A DNA stretch of 64,000 nt, from assembly GCA_965279515.1 (NCBI GenBank), contig CBDIID010000003.1:1696001-1760000 (forward strand). Direction: 5' to 3'. The number at the start of each line of letters is the position of its first letter. Positions within the stretch are counted from its first letter, which is position 1. The stretch comes from Turneriella sp. GTDB taxonomy: Bacteria > Spirochaetota > Leptospiria > Turneriellales > Turneriellaceae. Below the pieces are notes generated by a model. The model was not told the origin of the DNA, ran no database searches, and was given only the letters and a program-made list of their open reading frames with translations. This document shows, one piece after another, positions 48,556 through 58,095 of this stretch. The position numbers and the translations under genes are program-made.

Positions 48556-48582
48556 TTGTCGGCTTTCTGTGTGTAAATCTTA
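48556..48582 (-). promoter_or_regulatory. sigma-28 promoter TAAG-N15-GCCGACAA for fcpA
   Basis: Near-consensus boxes with exact spacing upstream of a flagellar filament gene. Confidence 0.7.
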
Positions 48583-48628
48583 AATCGAATTCTTAGTTCT
48601 GCGCCAGGGGGATGCCCCCGTCGTTATG

Positions 48629-49066
48629 TCACTTTTTGACGCTGAGCAGCTCCTCCAGAAGCCTGAGGAGATCGGTTTCCGTCAGTAATCCAAGCAATTT
48701 GCCCTCTCCATCGCAGACGGGCAGGCAGCCGAACTTGTGTTTTATCATGATGCGAACCGCGGTTTTGATGGAATCTTCAGGAGCCGCGGCAAACGGTTCG
48801 CGCGTCATAACCCGGCTCATCGTCAGTTTTTGGTCGCCGATCATCAGTTTGTTGCCCTCAGAATCATTGACAAAGACGAGGACATTCCTCAGGTCACGGT
48901 CTGAAACGATGCCGATAAGCTTGTTGTCTTTGGCGACGACAGGCATATGCCTGAAACGCCCCTCAAGCATCGCCGCATAAACCTTCTCGACATTGTCGCC
49001 CTCTGCGGCGGTTACGGGTTTTTTCAGCATCAGCTCGCCGACGGTCATCGCATCGCTGTAGCGCAT
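48629..49066 (-). CDS. CBS domain pair protein
   Basis: RHMPVV..GIVSDRD, GCLPV..GLLTETD. Confidence 0.92.
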   Translation of the reverse strand: MRYSDAMTVGELMLKKPVTAAEGDNVEKVYAAMLEGRFRHMPVVAKDNKLIGIVSDRDLRNVLVFVNDSEGNKLMIGDQKLTMSRVMTREPFAAAPEDSIKTAVRIMIKHKFGCLPVCDGEGKLLGLLTETDLLRLLEELLSVKK

Positions 49067-49088
49067 CTATGGCCGTTAACACGGCCAA

Positions 49089-50015
49089 CTACTTGCCGAG
49101 AATCTTTTTCCGCAAATCTTCGACGCCGGCAAGCCGCTGCGCCTCGCTGAGGTTCTGGTTTTTCTGCAGGTATTCTTTTTCTGCGGCGAGAAACTGGTCC
49201 ATTTTGGCGTTGGATTCTGCAAATGCCTGGTTCTGCCGCGCTTCATCCTCTGCCATACGATTTGCCATGTGTTCGCCGAAATGTTTCACACGCAGTTCCT
49301 GGGTGGTTTTGGTGCGTTCGGCCTCAGGCATCTTTGCCATTTCTGTCTGGTGGAGCATGAGTTCGGTCCCAAACTTGATATCCGCCGGCTCACGCTCGAG
49401 GGTTGTCTGGTAATAAGGCCCCAGGATTTCTTTTTTACGCTCCGTAAACAGCCGCATACGTTCGTCGACGGGCAGATTCGCGTATTCGGGGCTCGCGAAC
49501 TTCGCCTGCTCTTCCTGCAGGGCCACGCGCGCCTCTTCGACCCCAAAAATGAGGCGTGCCGTCTCTTCGCCAAAAAAGTCGCGCCGCGCCTTCTTCATGA
49601 GCTTGTATTTATCCTGATCGCTTAACTGGGCATAGTTTTCAGGCGGACTCGTCTGGCGCATACTGGCCTCAAAAGCCAGGTACTGGTCAAAAATTTCGAG
49701 TAATTTCTGCTTATCTTTGCCAGGCAGGCGCTGGATTAACTGTTTGATGCGTTCGTTGCAGCCCGCTTCGTCGGTTTCACCGGCACAGTCGCGGCGCAAT
49801 TTTACGAGTTCAATAGCCAGGTCGATGCGACCCACCTGGACATCCGCCATGACATAATCGGCCTGCGATTCGGCGAGGCGGTCTGTAGGATACGGAAAGC
49901 GCTCTATGCCCTGCGCAGCCTGCTTTTTATTTTTTGAAGAATCGCCTTTAATGAAGATAAAATAAATGAATATTGCGGTAATAATGATGAGAATGGGTGC
50001 GATAAATTTTTTCAT
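49089..50015 (-). CDS. lipase chaperone (foldase)-like protein
   Basis: N-terminal TM; F..YL.FE, RR.FFG.E.A..IFG.EE, LR...FG...A.R.A, S.A......LR helical pattern. Confidence 0.75.
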   Translation of the reverse strand: MKKFIAPILIIITAIFIYFIFIKGDSSKNKKQAAQGIERFPYPTDRLAESQADYVMADVQVGRIDLAIELVKLRRDCAGETDEAGCNERIKQLIQRLPGKDKQKLLEIFDQYLAFEASMRQTSPPENYAQLSDQDKYKLMKKARRDFFGEETARLIFGVEEARVALQEEQAKFASPEYANLPVDERMRLFTERKKEILGPYYQTTLEREPADIKFGTELMLHQTEMAKMPEAERTKTTQELRVKHFGEHMANRMAEDEARQNQAFAESNAKMDQFLAAEKEYLQKNQNLSEAQRLAGVEDLRKKILGK

Positions 50016-50075
50016 AACTATGATCCGTCTACCCCTCTCCATGACATGGCGAGGGGTAGGAAAGGATTTTAAAGG

Positions 50076-51356
50076 TTACTCTCTCCAGTTGCCTTCAGAG
50101 GAACGGTCAGAGTATTTGAGCCAGACATCGTTCACACCCGCAGCGCGTTTCGCTTCGAGCAGTTTCTGATTCTGGCTGCCATTTTTTGGTACCGCAAACT
50201 GGTAGGCACCACCGGTCTCGTTGGCACAGATAGAAGCGCCTGAGGTCCATGCGCCCGCACTGTTGGAGATTCTCCACTGGCCGGCAGAATTGCTGCAGGC
50301 AAAACGATAGCTGTTAGCGCAGTTCGCGTCGTTCCAGCGGCCGTTAGACCATTGCATGGCACAATCTTCGTTTCCGCCCCAATCGTTCGGCTCACCCGCA
50401 TTCCATGAATAGACAGCTGCCGCAAGGCGACCGTCGGTCGGATTAATTTTATCCATACCCGGCAGGTTTACACCGCACTTGATCATCTCGGCCATATTCG
50501 CTGTCGTCGTGTGACCTGAGCCACCGCCAAACATCGCTGTCAGGTTGGTGCGGTCTTCATAGAAACGTACCATCTTGTTGCCAGTGTAACTATCTGCGCT
50601 CATCGTCGGCGATCCGCAGGTTGGGTAAGAAGAAAATTTCGAGATGTTTTCTTCGGGCACTGCATTGTTCTTCAGGTAAACCCAGCTTTGCCATTCGCCT
50701 GTGCCGCAACCGCCGCTCCAGAGAATGATATTTTTGCCGGCATTCAGAACCTGCTGGCGTGTCAGATTGACCGGAGCATCCTGGCAATTGCCGCCCGGGC
50801 GGTAGATCAGGTCACCGAGTTTTGATTTGATAGTATTCAGCGCCGACTGGTGGTTACCACTCAAGTGATCTTCAATATAGAGGATAACCACTTCAGAGCG
50901 GTTCGAACGGATAAAGCTGTTGAGCTCTGAAATACCGTCGTCGAGGTGCTTATCGTAAGAACTGCAACCCACGTGATTGCTCTGGCCGTGGCAAAGCAAC
51001 GGTCTCATACCCCATTCCCAGGGCCAGCCGTGCATGCTGAAATACCAGTGAACATCGAATTCGATGGCGCGGATGTCCATACGGAGCTGATCGTGGATCG
51101 AGAAATTGTGGTTGGGGTCCCAGTACGCAAACGCAGTCGTATAGACCGACGAGTTATAGGTATTATGGGAATGCAGAAATGTATTGTCTTTCAGGGGCAA
51201 ATTGGCTTCCAGGCCGCGTTGCTGACCCAAAGCTTTCTTTTCCCATGAGCGCTGGTAGATATCCACCGGCGTTTCTTTCGGCTTACTACTCGATGAGCTA
51301 TGCAGGGTAAAAACCGCTGCTGCCAGGGCGAGAGCAAATAATGCAACTCTTTTCAT
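50076..51356 (-). CDS. secreted PI-PLC-like phosphodiesterase with C-type lectin domain
   Basis: HSHNTYN, QL....R.IEFDVH, LCHG, YIED; WNAGEPND...EDCA...WND..C...FAC; AAGGAG RBS. Confidence 0.85.
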   Translation of the reverse strand: MKRVALFALALAAAVFTLHSSSSSKPKETPVDIYQRSWEKKALGQQRGLEANLPLKDNTFLHSHNTYNSSVYTTAFAYWDPNHNFSIHDQLRMDIRAIEFDVHWYFSMHGWPWEWGMRPLLCHGQSNHVGCSSYDKHLDDGISELNSFIRSNRSEVVILYIEDHLSGNHQSALNTIKSKLGDLIYRPGGNCQDAPVNLTRQQVLNAGKNIILWSGGCGTGEWQSWVYLKNNAVPEENISKFSSYPTCGSPTMSADSYTGNKMVRFYEDRTNLTAMFGGGSGHTTTANMAEMIKCGVNLPGMDKINPTDGRLAAAVYSWNAGEPNDWGGNEDCAMQWSNGRWNDANCANSYRFACSNSAGQWRISNSAGAWTSGASICANETGGAYQFAVPKNGSQNQKLLEAKRAAGVNDVWLKYSDRSSEGNWRE

Positions 51357-51829
51357 ATTGTTTTGTTTAACTCCTTCACACATTGTTTCGTCTTTGACAG
51401 ATGATCGGCCACGGGGCGAAAACCGGGCCAAAAAAACAGCGTTAAATACAAAAAAAATGAACATTCTCGCGAACTAATGTCATTAATTTAGTTTCGCCTC
51501 TGCGTTGAGAATAGTCAATAGAATCAATACTAAAGTGATGTTAATAGTTTCACTAATGACAAAAAGCAACGATTACAGTAGCTAAATTAATGCACACAGA
51601 GGAAAACGAACGTTCACCATCTTGCGAGCGGGTGATCCGCCTGCTTCAGGGCCCGAACCGCCTCAGCATAAAATTGCAATACAATATTTTCCGGCCCCGT
51701 GCGTCTGCATCATTATGCCCACCTCCCAAAAAATAATGGCTGGGTCATGGGATTTATGGTATATGGTATGCAGATTTCAGCGATACATGACGGACAGACG
51801 GCTGGCCGCATATATCACAGGAGAACATA

Positions 51830-52840
51830 ATGGCAATAGTAGACAGAATTAAATTCAACGGCGGTCCGGACGATATCGCCTGGAAATATCCCGATGAAGG
51901 CATCACCTGGGGTGCCCAGCTGATCGTCAACGAATCTCAGGAAGCAATCTTTTTTAAAGGCGGTCAGGTGCATGACCAGTTCTCAGCCGGCACCTATACG
52001 CTGAAATCCAACAATATTCCCCTCCTCGAAAAATTCGTCAACATGGCATTCGGCGGTGACACCCCGTTTGCAGCAGAAGTCTGGTTTATCTCCAAACAGA
52101 TCTTCCAGGGCATTGGCTGGGGCACAAAAACCCCCATCCAGGTCGAAGATCCGAAGTTCGGCATTCTGACCAACCTGCGCGCCTTCGGCGTCTATGGCAT
52201 CCGCGTCGCTGACGTGCGCACGTTTGTGCAACAGGTCATCGGTACGCAGGGTAAAACCACAACCGAAAGCATCCAGAACCTGATGCTCAGCAGCATCGTG
52301 TCTGATATTGAAGAGATGCTTTCACAGGTGGTGCACGAGCAGAACATCGACATCATTCGCATCAACACACAGCGCTCCAAAATCGAAGAAGCGTTCAAAC
52401 CGCTGCTGGCGAAAAAATTCGAGAAATTCGGCATCGCGATTGAACAATTCGAAATCGAATCGCTGAACATCCCGCAAGACGATCCGGGTTACCAGACCCT
52501 CGTTAAGGCGAAAGCCGAACGCGCAGCAAAAGTCGAGTCGGCGATGGGCGACAAGGCGCAGATGGATATTCTCGGCAATGCATACCAGCAGAAGCGTATG
52601 CTCGACATCGGCGAGGCATCCGCGAAGAACGAAGGCGGCGGCGGTATGATGAATGCCGGCATGGGCATGGGCATGGGTCAGGCCATGGGCCAGATGATGA
52701 GCGGCATGGGCCAGCAGGGCGGCGGCAACGCTGACGATCCCACTGTGAAAATCCAGAAGCTCAAGGGCATGCTCGATTCAGGCCTCATCACGCAAGACGA
52801 GTTCAACGCCAAAAAAGCGAAGATCCTCGAATCCATGTAA
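51830..52840 (+). CDS. SPFH (YdjI-like) protein with C-terminal SHOCT domain
   Basis: QLIVNESQEA.F, PF.AEVWF, WGT..P, RAFG; LK..LD.G.IT..EF..KK..IL; AGGAG RBS. Confidence 0.88.
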   Translation: MAIVDRIKFNGGPDDIAWKYPDEGITWGAQLIVNESQEAIFFKGGQVHDQFSAGTYTLKSNNIPLLEKFVNMAFGGDTPFAAEVWFISKQIFQGIGWGTKTPIQVEDPKFGILTNLRAFGVYGIRVADVRTFVQQVIGTQGKTTTESIQNLMLSSIVSDIEEMLSQVVHEQNIDIIRINTQRSKIEEAFKPLLAKKFEKFGIAIEQFEIESLNIPQDDPGYQTLVKAKAERAAKVESAMGDKAQMDILGNAYQQKRMLDIGEASAKNEGGGGMMNAGMGMGMGQAMGQMMSGMGQQGGGNADDPTVKIQKLKGMLDSGLITQDEFNAKKAKILESM

Positions 52841-52843
52841 TCG

Positions 52844-53917
52844 TTGCTTTTCTTAGGCAAAAACATCCAGGGGTCGGGTAAGGGTTCGAAAAAACTCCTT
52901 ACGCCGGCCCGCGTCATTCAGGAAACCAATAAGGCGATCGCCGAGATTCTGCGCGGGGATATCCCTAAGCGCACGGATGCGCCGGCAGGTCGCGGCCACG
53001 GAGGGCCTCGAAGCGACCTGAAAATCCTGCGCAAGATCGCTGCTTATGTCGTCGAGTCGGGGGGCAAACGCATCCGGCCGCTCTTCCTGTATTATTTAGG
53101 TAAGGCGCACCACCATGACGGTACAGAACTCATTCGCCTCGGTGCGCTGCTCGAGATCGTTCACGCAGCCAGCCTTTTGCACGATGACGTCATCGACCGC
53201 GCAGACGAGCGGCGCAGCCGGCCCACAGGAGCCAAGCTCTTCGGCAATAAAGAGGTCGTGCTGGGTGGCGATCATTTATTGTCTTCAGGGCTCAGGTATC
53301 TTAACGCGATGGGAAATCCCCGTTATATGGAAGTTTTCACCGACGCGATTCAGGCCCTGTCTGAGGCGGAGCTTTTGCAGATGCAGCACCACTTTGACCT
53401 CAAAACCGATCTGAAAATACATGCGCGCATCGTCGACGGCAAGACAGCGGTGCTGTTTCGGGCGGCCGGCGCCCTGGTAGCCCTCATGCAAAACGCTGAT
53501 GGGGATTATTACCGTTCTGAACCTGCCCTGTTAGGGGAACTTTTTGGTCGTTATTTTCAGCACCGCGACGACTACCTGGACTATTTCGACGCCGCCCGCC
53601 TGCGAAAAAAAGGCTTACAGGACTTCGCCAACGGCATCGTCACCCGCCCCCTCGCCTATCTGCTGAAGGCTGCAGAGCGGCACGAGACCACGCTGCTGCG
53701 TAAAGAGTGGGATTACTCCCGTGCCAACGGCCGGGTACGCGCAGAGGGTGAAATTCTGCAGCTGATGCAGAAACACCGGATCGAAGCAAAATGCCTTGAA
53801 CTTTTGTACGCCGACGAAAGCCAGATTTTGGCCGCCCTGACGGTCTTGCCGGCCAAAGAGCCCGGTGAGATCATCGCACGGGAGTTTCAAAAAATTCTTG
53901 CCGTGCGCGCTGCCTAA
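52844..53917 (+). CDS. polyprenyl diphosphate synthase
   Basis: GGKRIRP, HAASLLHDDVID, GKTA.LF, FQ.RDDYLD; start uncertain (TTG). Confidence 0.9.
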   Translation: MLFLGKNIQGSGKGSKKLLTPARVIQETNKAIAEILRGDIPKRTDAPAGRGHGGPRSDLKILRKIAAYVVESGGKRIRPLFLYYLGKAHHHDGTELIRLGALLEIVHAASLLHDDVIDRADERRSRPTGAKLFGNKEVVLGGDHLLSSGLRYLNAMGNPRYMEVFTDAIQALSEAELLQMQHHFDLKTDLKIHARIVDGKTAVLFRAAGALVALMQNADGDYYRSEPALLGELFGRYFQHRDDYLDYFDAARLRKKGLQDFANGIVTRPLAYLLKAAERHETTLLRKEWDYSRANGRVRAEGEILQLMQKHRIEAKCLELLYADESQILAALTVLPAKEPGEIIAREFQKILAVRAA

Positions 53918-53950
53918 ATTGCTGTAACTGAATTCTTCAAGGGGACTACT

Positions 53951-54457
53951 ATGAAAAAAATAGCATTAATACTGGCGCTGGTTTCTGCCGCGAGCCTCGC
54001 AGCCAAAGATAAGAAAGAGAATATCGCAGACCTCAAATCGGCTGACGACGCAGTGGCGATCAAAGCCGCTCAGGAACTCGGCGCTGACAGTGTCAAAGAC
54101 GCAATCGAGCCACTCGGCGAAGTCATCAAAAGCAACCGCTCTGCAGGCGTACGCATTGCCGCAGCTTCGGCGCTGGGCCGTATCGGCGAAAAAGGCCGTT
54201 CGACCACGATTCTCAAAGAATCGATCGAAGTGGGCCAGGATAACCACGTTGTTTATACTGAACTGCTCGCCCTCATGAACATCGCGGACCTTGAAAACCC
54301 CGACCTCACCAAGGCGGTAGAATTCTGCGAGAACAACAAAAAGTCAGATATCTACATCACCGACATACTGACGCGTATCCGTAAAAAATTCCCGCAGAAG
54401 AAAGAAGAGAAAAAAGAAGAAAAACCCGCCGACAAACCTGCGGACGCCCCGAAATAA
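53951..54457 (+). CDS. secreted HEAT-repeat protein
   Basis: Signal peptide, AA.ELG, VR.AAA.ALGRIG. Confidence 0.8.
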   Translation: MKKIALILALVSAASLAAKDKKENIADLKSADDAVAIKAAQELGADSVKDAIEPLGEVIKSNRSAGVRIAAASALGRIGEKGRSTTILKESIEVGQDNHVVYTELLALMNIADLENPDLTKAVEFCENNKKSDIYITDILTRIRKKFPQKKEEKKEEKPADKPADAPK

Positions 54458-54460
54458 TTC

Positions 54461-55459
54461 GTGGTTGATTTGGAAAAATGGGGGAAGCTCTCGCTTCCCC
54501 TTTTTTTTTGCCTCGGCGTAACTTCAGCCACCCTCGCCGAAGACGGCCATGGTTGTCAGTTCTCTCTAAAAGCAGAAGTTCCGAAAAATATTAAGTTCAC
54601 AGTTCAATCGGGCCGCATTGCTTTTCTCTGCAAAGACGAGGCATTTTTCTTGCGAGGTACCGTCACGCGCACCCTACCCTGGCAACTAACCGGGAAAATT
54701 TTTGAAACAATGGCCGAACGCCTGAAGGCCGAAACGCTGGAGAAATGGCCGTCGGGGCGCCTCTACAAAATCAGTGCCGATAAAAAAAGCGATCAGAAGG
54801 CATTGATCTGCGGTTACCACACACGCGACCAGTATTCGATCGATCTTTGCTCCCCCGAGGTTGGCAACAGAAAGTCGCAGACTACAGAGCTGGTCGGTGG
54901 TATTCTGAAAGAATTCAAAACCGTCCCGCTCGACATGGCGCCGCTCCTTAAATCGGCGGCTCTCTTCGCCGAAAAAAAAGTTTTCACGGAAGAGAATGAA
55001 ACACGCGAGCCTGCCCTGCTCGCCCTGACCATGCCACCGGGTTATGTCGAAGTCACGCGCCGCGAAAACCGGGCGCTCTTTACCGACGCAGCCGGCCTTG
55101 CCGAAATGGAAATTTTCTACGAAATTTCTGAATTGCCGCTCGACTCCGATCTCGCGCACAAGGTGTACCGCAAATCGATTGCTGCTTTTCTCGCGAAACA
55201 GGGACCATGGCGCCCCGATAGGGAAGAGACGAACAAGGCCGGAGATACGACTTGCCTGCTTTTCACCGACAACGATAAACGCCTGAGCCATTATTGTTAC
55301 AGTGTTGCGCAAATCACGCAGGCCGGTAAAAAACGCTACTGCCGCATCGCCTTCGTTATCGCTTACCTGGGCGAAGCCGTTGACCGCACCCGCCTGCTTA
55401 CAGACCAGCAAGCGCTTATCAATAACTGGGCGAATATTCTTCGCAGGCATTCAAACTAG
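54461..55459 (+). CDS. secreted Cys-containing hypothetical protein
   Basis: Long ORF, signal-like N-terminus, eight Cys; GTG start uncertain. Confidence 0.65.
   Translation: MVDLEKWGKLSLPLFFCLGVTSATLAEDGHGCQFSLKAEVPKNIKFTVQSGRIAFLCKDEAFFLRGTVTRTLPWQLTGKIFETMAERLKAETLEKWPSGRLYKISADKKSDQKALICGYHTRDQYSIDLCSPEVGNRKSQTTELVGGILKEFKTVPLDMAPLLKSAALFAEKKVFTEENETREPALLALTMPPGYVEVTRRENRALFTDAAGLAEMEIFYEISELPLDSDLAHKVYRKSIAAFLAKQGPWRPDREETNKAGDTTCLLFTDNDKRLSHYCYSVAQITQAGKKRYCRIAFVIAYLGEAVDRTRLLTDQQALINNWANILRRHSN
54481..54509 (+). terminator. intrinsic terminator GGGGAAGC-TCTC-GCTTCCCC-T9
   Basis: Perfect 8-bp stem plus 9 T, 23 nt after HEAT gene stop. Confidence 0.8.
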
Positions 55460-55460
55460 T

Positions 55461-56183
55461 TTGTCCGCTTTTTCAAAAAACGAAATCGAACGTTACAGCA
55501 GGCAGATCTTGCTGCGCGGCATCACAGCGCAGCAGAAACTCAAAGACACGCATGCCTTAGTAGTGGGCGCGGGCGGTCTGGGCTCTGCGATTCTGCCCCT
55601 GATTGCCGCCTCAGGCATCGGCAAAATCGAAATTTTTGACGCCGATAGAGTCGAGCAGAGTAATTTAGGCAGGCAGTGGATTTACCGCGAAGGTGATATC
55701 GGCAAAAACAAGGCGTCTGCGGCGGCAGCTTTTCTCCAGGCGCTGAATCCGCATATCGAGGTTATTGCCCGCGAACAAAAATTCGACGCCGCAGATGCCG
55801 GGTGCGTCGCCGCTGCGGATGTCATTTTTGAAGGCAGCGACAGCCTAAAGGCAAAATTCCTGCTGAACGACCTGGCAGTTGCACACAAAAAACCCGCTTT
55901 TATCGCCGCCCTCGGTGCCGCACAAGGCCATGCGATGCTCGTCGGCCGCAGCGCATGCTACCGCTGTGTGTTCGATGAAATGGATGATAACGAGCTGCCG
56001 AATTGTGCCACTGAGGGTATCCTCAGCACATTCCCTGCCGTCGTCGGCGCCAGCGTTGCACACGCGGCTGTCGAATACCTGCTTTCCGGAAGCAGCGAAA
56101 GCATATTCTGGGTATTTGAGAAAAATCATTGCCGCAAGGTGGCGGTCAGAAAAAGACACGACTGCAAAAACCACGCTTCATGA
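55461..56183 (+). CDS. HesA/MoeB/ThiF family adenylyltransferase
   Basis: RYSRQI, GAGGLG, D.D.VE.SNL.RQ, CYRC, C...G; TTG start 1 nt after the previous stop. Confidence 0.9.
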   Translation: MSAFSKNEIERYSRQILLRGITAQQKLKDTHALVVGAGGLGSAILPLIAASGIGKIEIFDADRVEQSNLGRQWIYREGDIGKNKASAAAAFLQALNPHIEVIAREQKFDAADAGCVAAADVIFEGSDSLKAKFLLNDLAVAHKKPAFIAALGAAQGHAMLVGRSACYRCVFDEMDDNELPNCATEGILSTFPAVVGASVAHAAVEYLLSGSSESIFWVFEKNHCRKVAVRKRHDCKNHAS

Positions 56184-57076
56184 AACCGAAACACAAAAAA
56201 AGAAAAAAGCCGGTTGCAAAACGCAAGGCTGTGAAACCACGGCGGGGCACTTATGCGCTGGCGCTTTCGGGTGGTGCCGCGCTTGGCGCTTATCAGGCCG
56301 GGGCAATCCGCGCGTTTTTTGAAGCTGGTCTCAATATCCGTTCCGTGGCCGGCAGCTCTGTAGGCGCCCTGAACGGCTATTTAACCGCCACCGGTGAAAT
56401 CGACGAAATGCTGTCTTTCTGGCAGAACATCGACCAGAAGAAGCTCATCACCATCAACTCCTTCACGAAATTATTTTTTTCAGCCATGCCATCGCTGCTC
56501 ACGGACGAAATGCAGCGCCGACTCGTCGAAAAGCACGCCCGCGTCGAAAACCTCGTGCGCGCTAAACGCGAATTTATCTGTTCGGCGATCAGCATCAATA
56601 GCGGAAAATTATTTTTTTTCGAGGGTAATAAGGCGAAGAGTGACAAAGAGCTGCAGGATTACATTCTCGCCTCTGCAGCGGTTCCCGGCGTGTTTCCGCC
56701 GGTGCAGATCGGCCATGAACTCTTCATGGACGGGGGCCTGATACGCAATACGCCGATCGAAGCCCTGTACCGCAAGAACGTGGACGCCGTGATCGGCATC
56801 AGTATGGAGCCAGAGACATATCCCGAAGAGCCGCTGAAGAACACCGGCCAGATTGCGCTGCGCACGCTGAGCATTTTTTTCCGCGCGCAGGCATCCGACG
56901 CCGTCGACCGCGCGCTGCTTTCGCGCAGGCGCAAGGCAAAAAAAATCCTGCTGCTGCGCCCCCAATACCCTCTCGAGATGCAGCAATACGAATTCGATCC
57001 GAAAAAAATAGCCCTGTTGCTGAGCCAGGGTTATGCTGAAGCGCGCGAATTTATCCGCAAGAATAAACTGAGGTAA
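56180..57076 (+). CDS. patatin-like phospholipase
   Basis: SGGAALG, GSSVG, ASAAVPG.FPP, DGG. Confidence 0.93.
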   Translation: MKPKHKKRKKPVAKRKAVKPRRGTYALALSGGAALGAYQAGAIRAFFEAGLNIRSVAGSSVGALNGYLTATGEIDEMLSFWQNIDQKKLITINSFTKLFFSAMPSLLTDEMQRRLVEKHARVENLVRAKREFICSAISINSGKLFFFEGNKAKSDKELQDYILASAAVPGVFPPVQIGHELFMDGGLIRNTPIEALYRKNVDAVIGISMEPETYPEEPLKNTGQIALRTLSIFFRAQASDAVDRALLSRRRKAKKILLLRPQYPLEMQQYEFDPKKIALLLSQGYAEAREFIRKNKLR

Positions 57077-57077
57077 A

Positions 57078-58049
57078 ATGATCGACCTGCACCACCACTT
57101 CGACGGAGCCTTCGATATCGACGCCCTCTATGCCGAGGCTAAACGCCGCAATTTGCCGCAGGGCAAACTTTCTGCCGCAGAATTTCATGCAAAATGCCAG
57201 GTTCCGCAGGATTGCCGCACGCTCACGGAGTTTCTCGCCGTTTTTGATTTTTTTTACGATATCGCACAGGACATGGATTTCCTGCACACGGAAGCCAAAA
57301 AACTGCCGACGCGCATGGCAGATGCCGGGGTTATCTATCTTGAAACGCGCTTTGCCCCCCATCTTTTTACCGGTACGCATTATGCTGCAGCAGATATTGT
57401 GGAAAGTGTGGTTTCCGGGCTCGAAACAGGCAAAGGGACTCCGGTGCGGCTGATTCTCTGCGCCATGCGGAATGCGCCGATCGAACACGTGCAAGAGCTC
57501 ACCACCCTCTACCAGAAATTTGCCCAACGCGGCGTCTGCGGCATCGATCTGGCGGGCGATGAATCGCGCTATGCCTGCCGCGAGTATGCGCCGGTTTTTA
57601 AGCGTGCTCACGAAACCGGCATACCAATCACCATCCATGCGGGTGAGGCCTCGGGCCCGCAATCGGTCTATGACGCGCTGGATCTCTTCAAGGCACAGCG
57701 CATCGGGCATGGCATACAGTCGATCCAGGACGCGGCGCTGGTGCGGCGTCTCGCTGAAGAAAAGATCGGCCTTGAGGTATGCCTGACCAGCAACCTGCAG
57801 ACAGGTAATGCGCCCTCATACCAGGAGCATCCGTTTTTGCGCCTGAAAAATGCAGGCATACTCGTGACGCTCAACACCGACGACCCAACGGTTTCGGGCA
57901 TCGACCTTCAGCATGAATGGCAAAAGGCCATGGCAGAATATGGTTTTTCGCAGGCAGAAAAAAAAGCGCTGCTCAGAAACTCTGTTGACGTTGCTTTTTG
58001 CAGCGAAACCCTGAAGGAAAAATTACGCAAACAGATCGAAGCGGCTTGA
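57078..58049 (+). CDS. add: adenosine deaminase
   Basis: DLHHHFDG, Y.E.RF.P, DLAGDE, HAGE, RIGHG, C.TSN, NTDDP. Confidence 0.93.
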   Translation: MIDLHHHFDGAFDIDALYAEAKRRNLPQGKLSAAEFHAKCQVPQDCRTLTEFLAVFDFFYDIAQDMDFLHTEAKKLPTRMADAGVIYLETRFAPHLFTGTHYAAADIVESVVSGLETGKGTPVRLILCAMRNAPIEHVQELTTLYQKFAQRGVCGIDLAGDESRYACREYAPVFKRAHETGIPITIHAGEASGPQSVYDALDLFKAQRIGHGIQSIQDAALVRRLAEEKIGLEVCLTSNLQTGNAPSYQEHPFLRLKNAGILVTLNTDDPTVSGIDLQHEWQKAMAEYGFSQAEKKALLRNSVDVAFCSETLKEKLRKQIEAA

Positions 58050-58095
58050 CGGGGCCCGATCTTTGCCGGCTTAAGCTAATTACCGATAATCAACT

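Noticed and set aside
51357..51829. Riboswitch or ncRNA in the 470-bp intergenic region
   Set aside because: No recognisable aptamer consensus; only AT-rich promoter-like DNA and one G-U-rich hairpin; needs an Rfam scan
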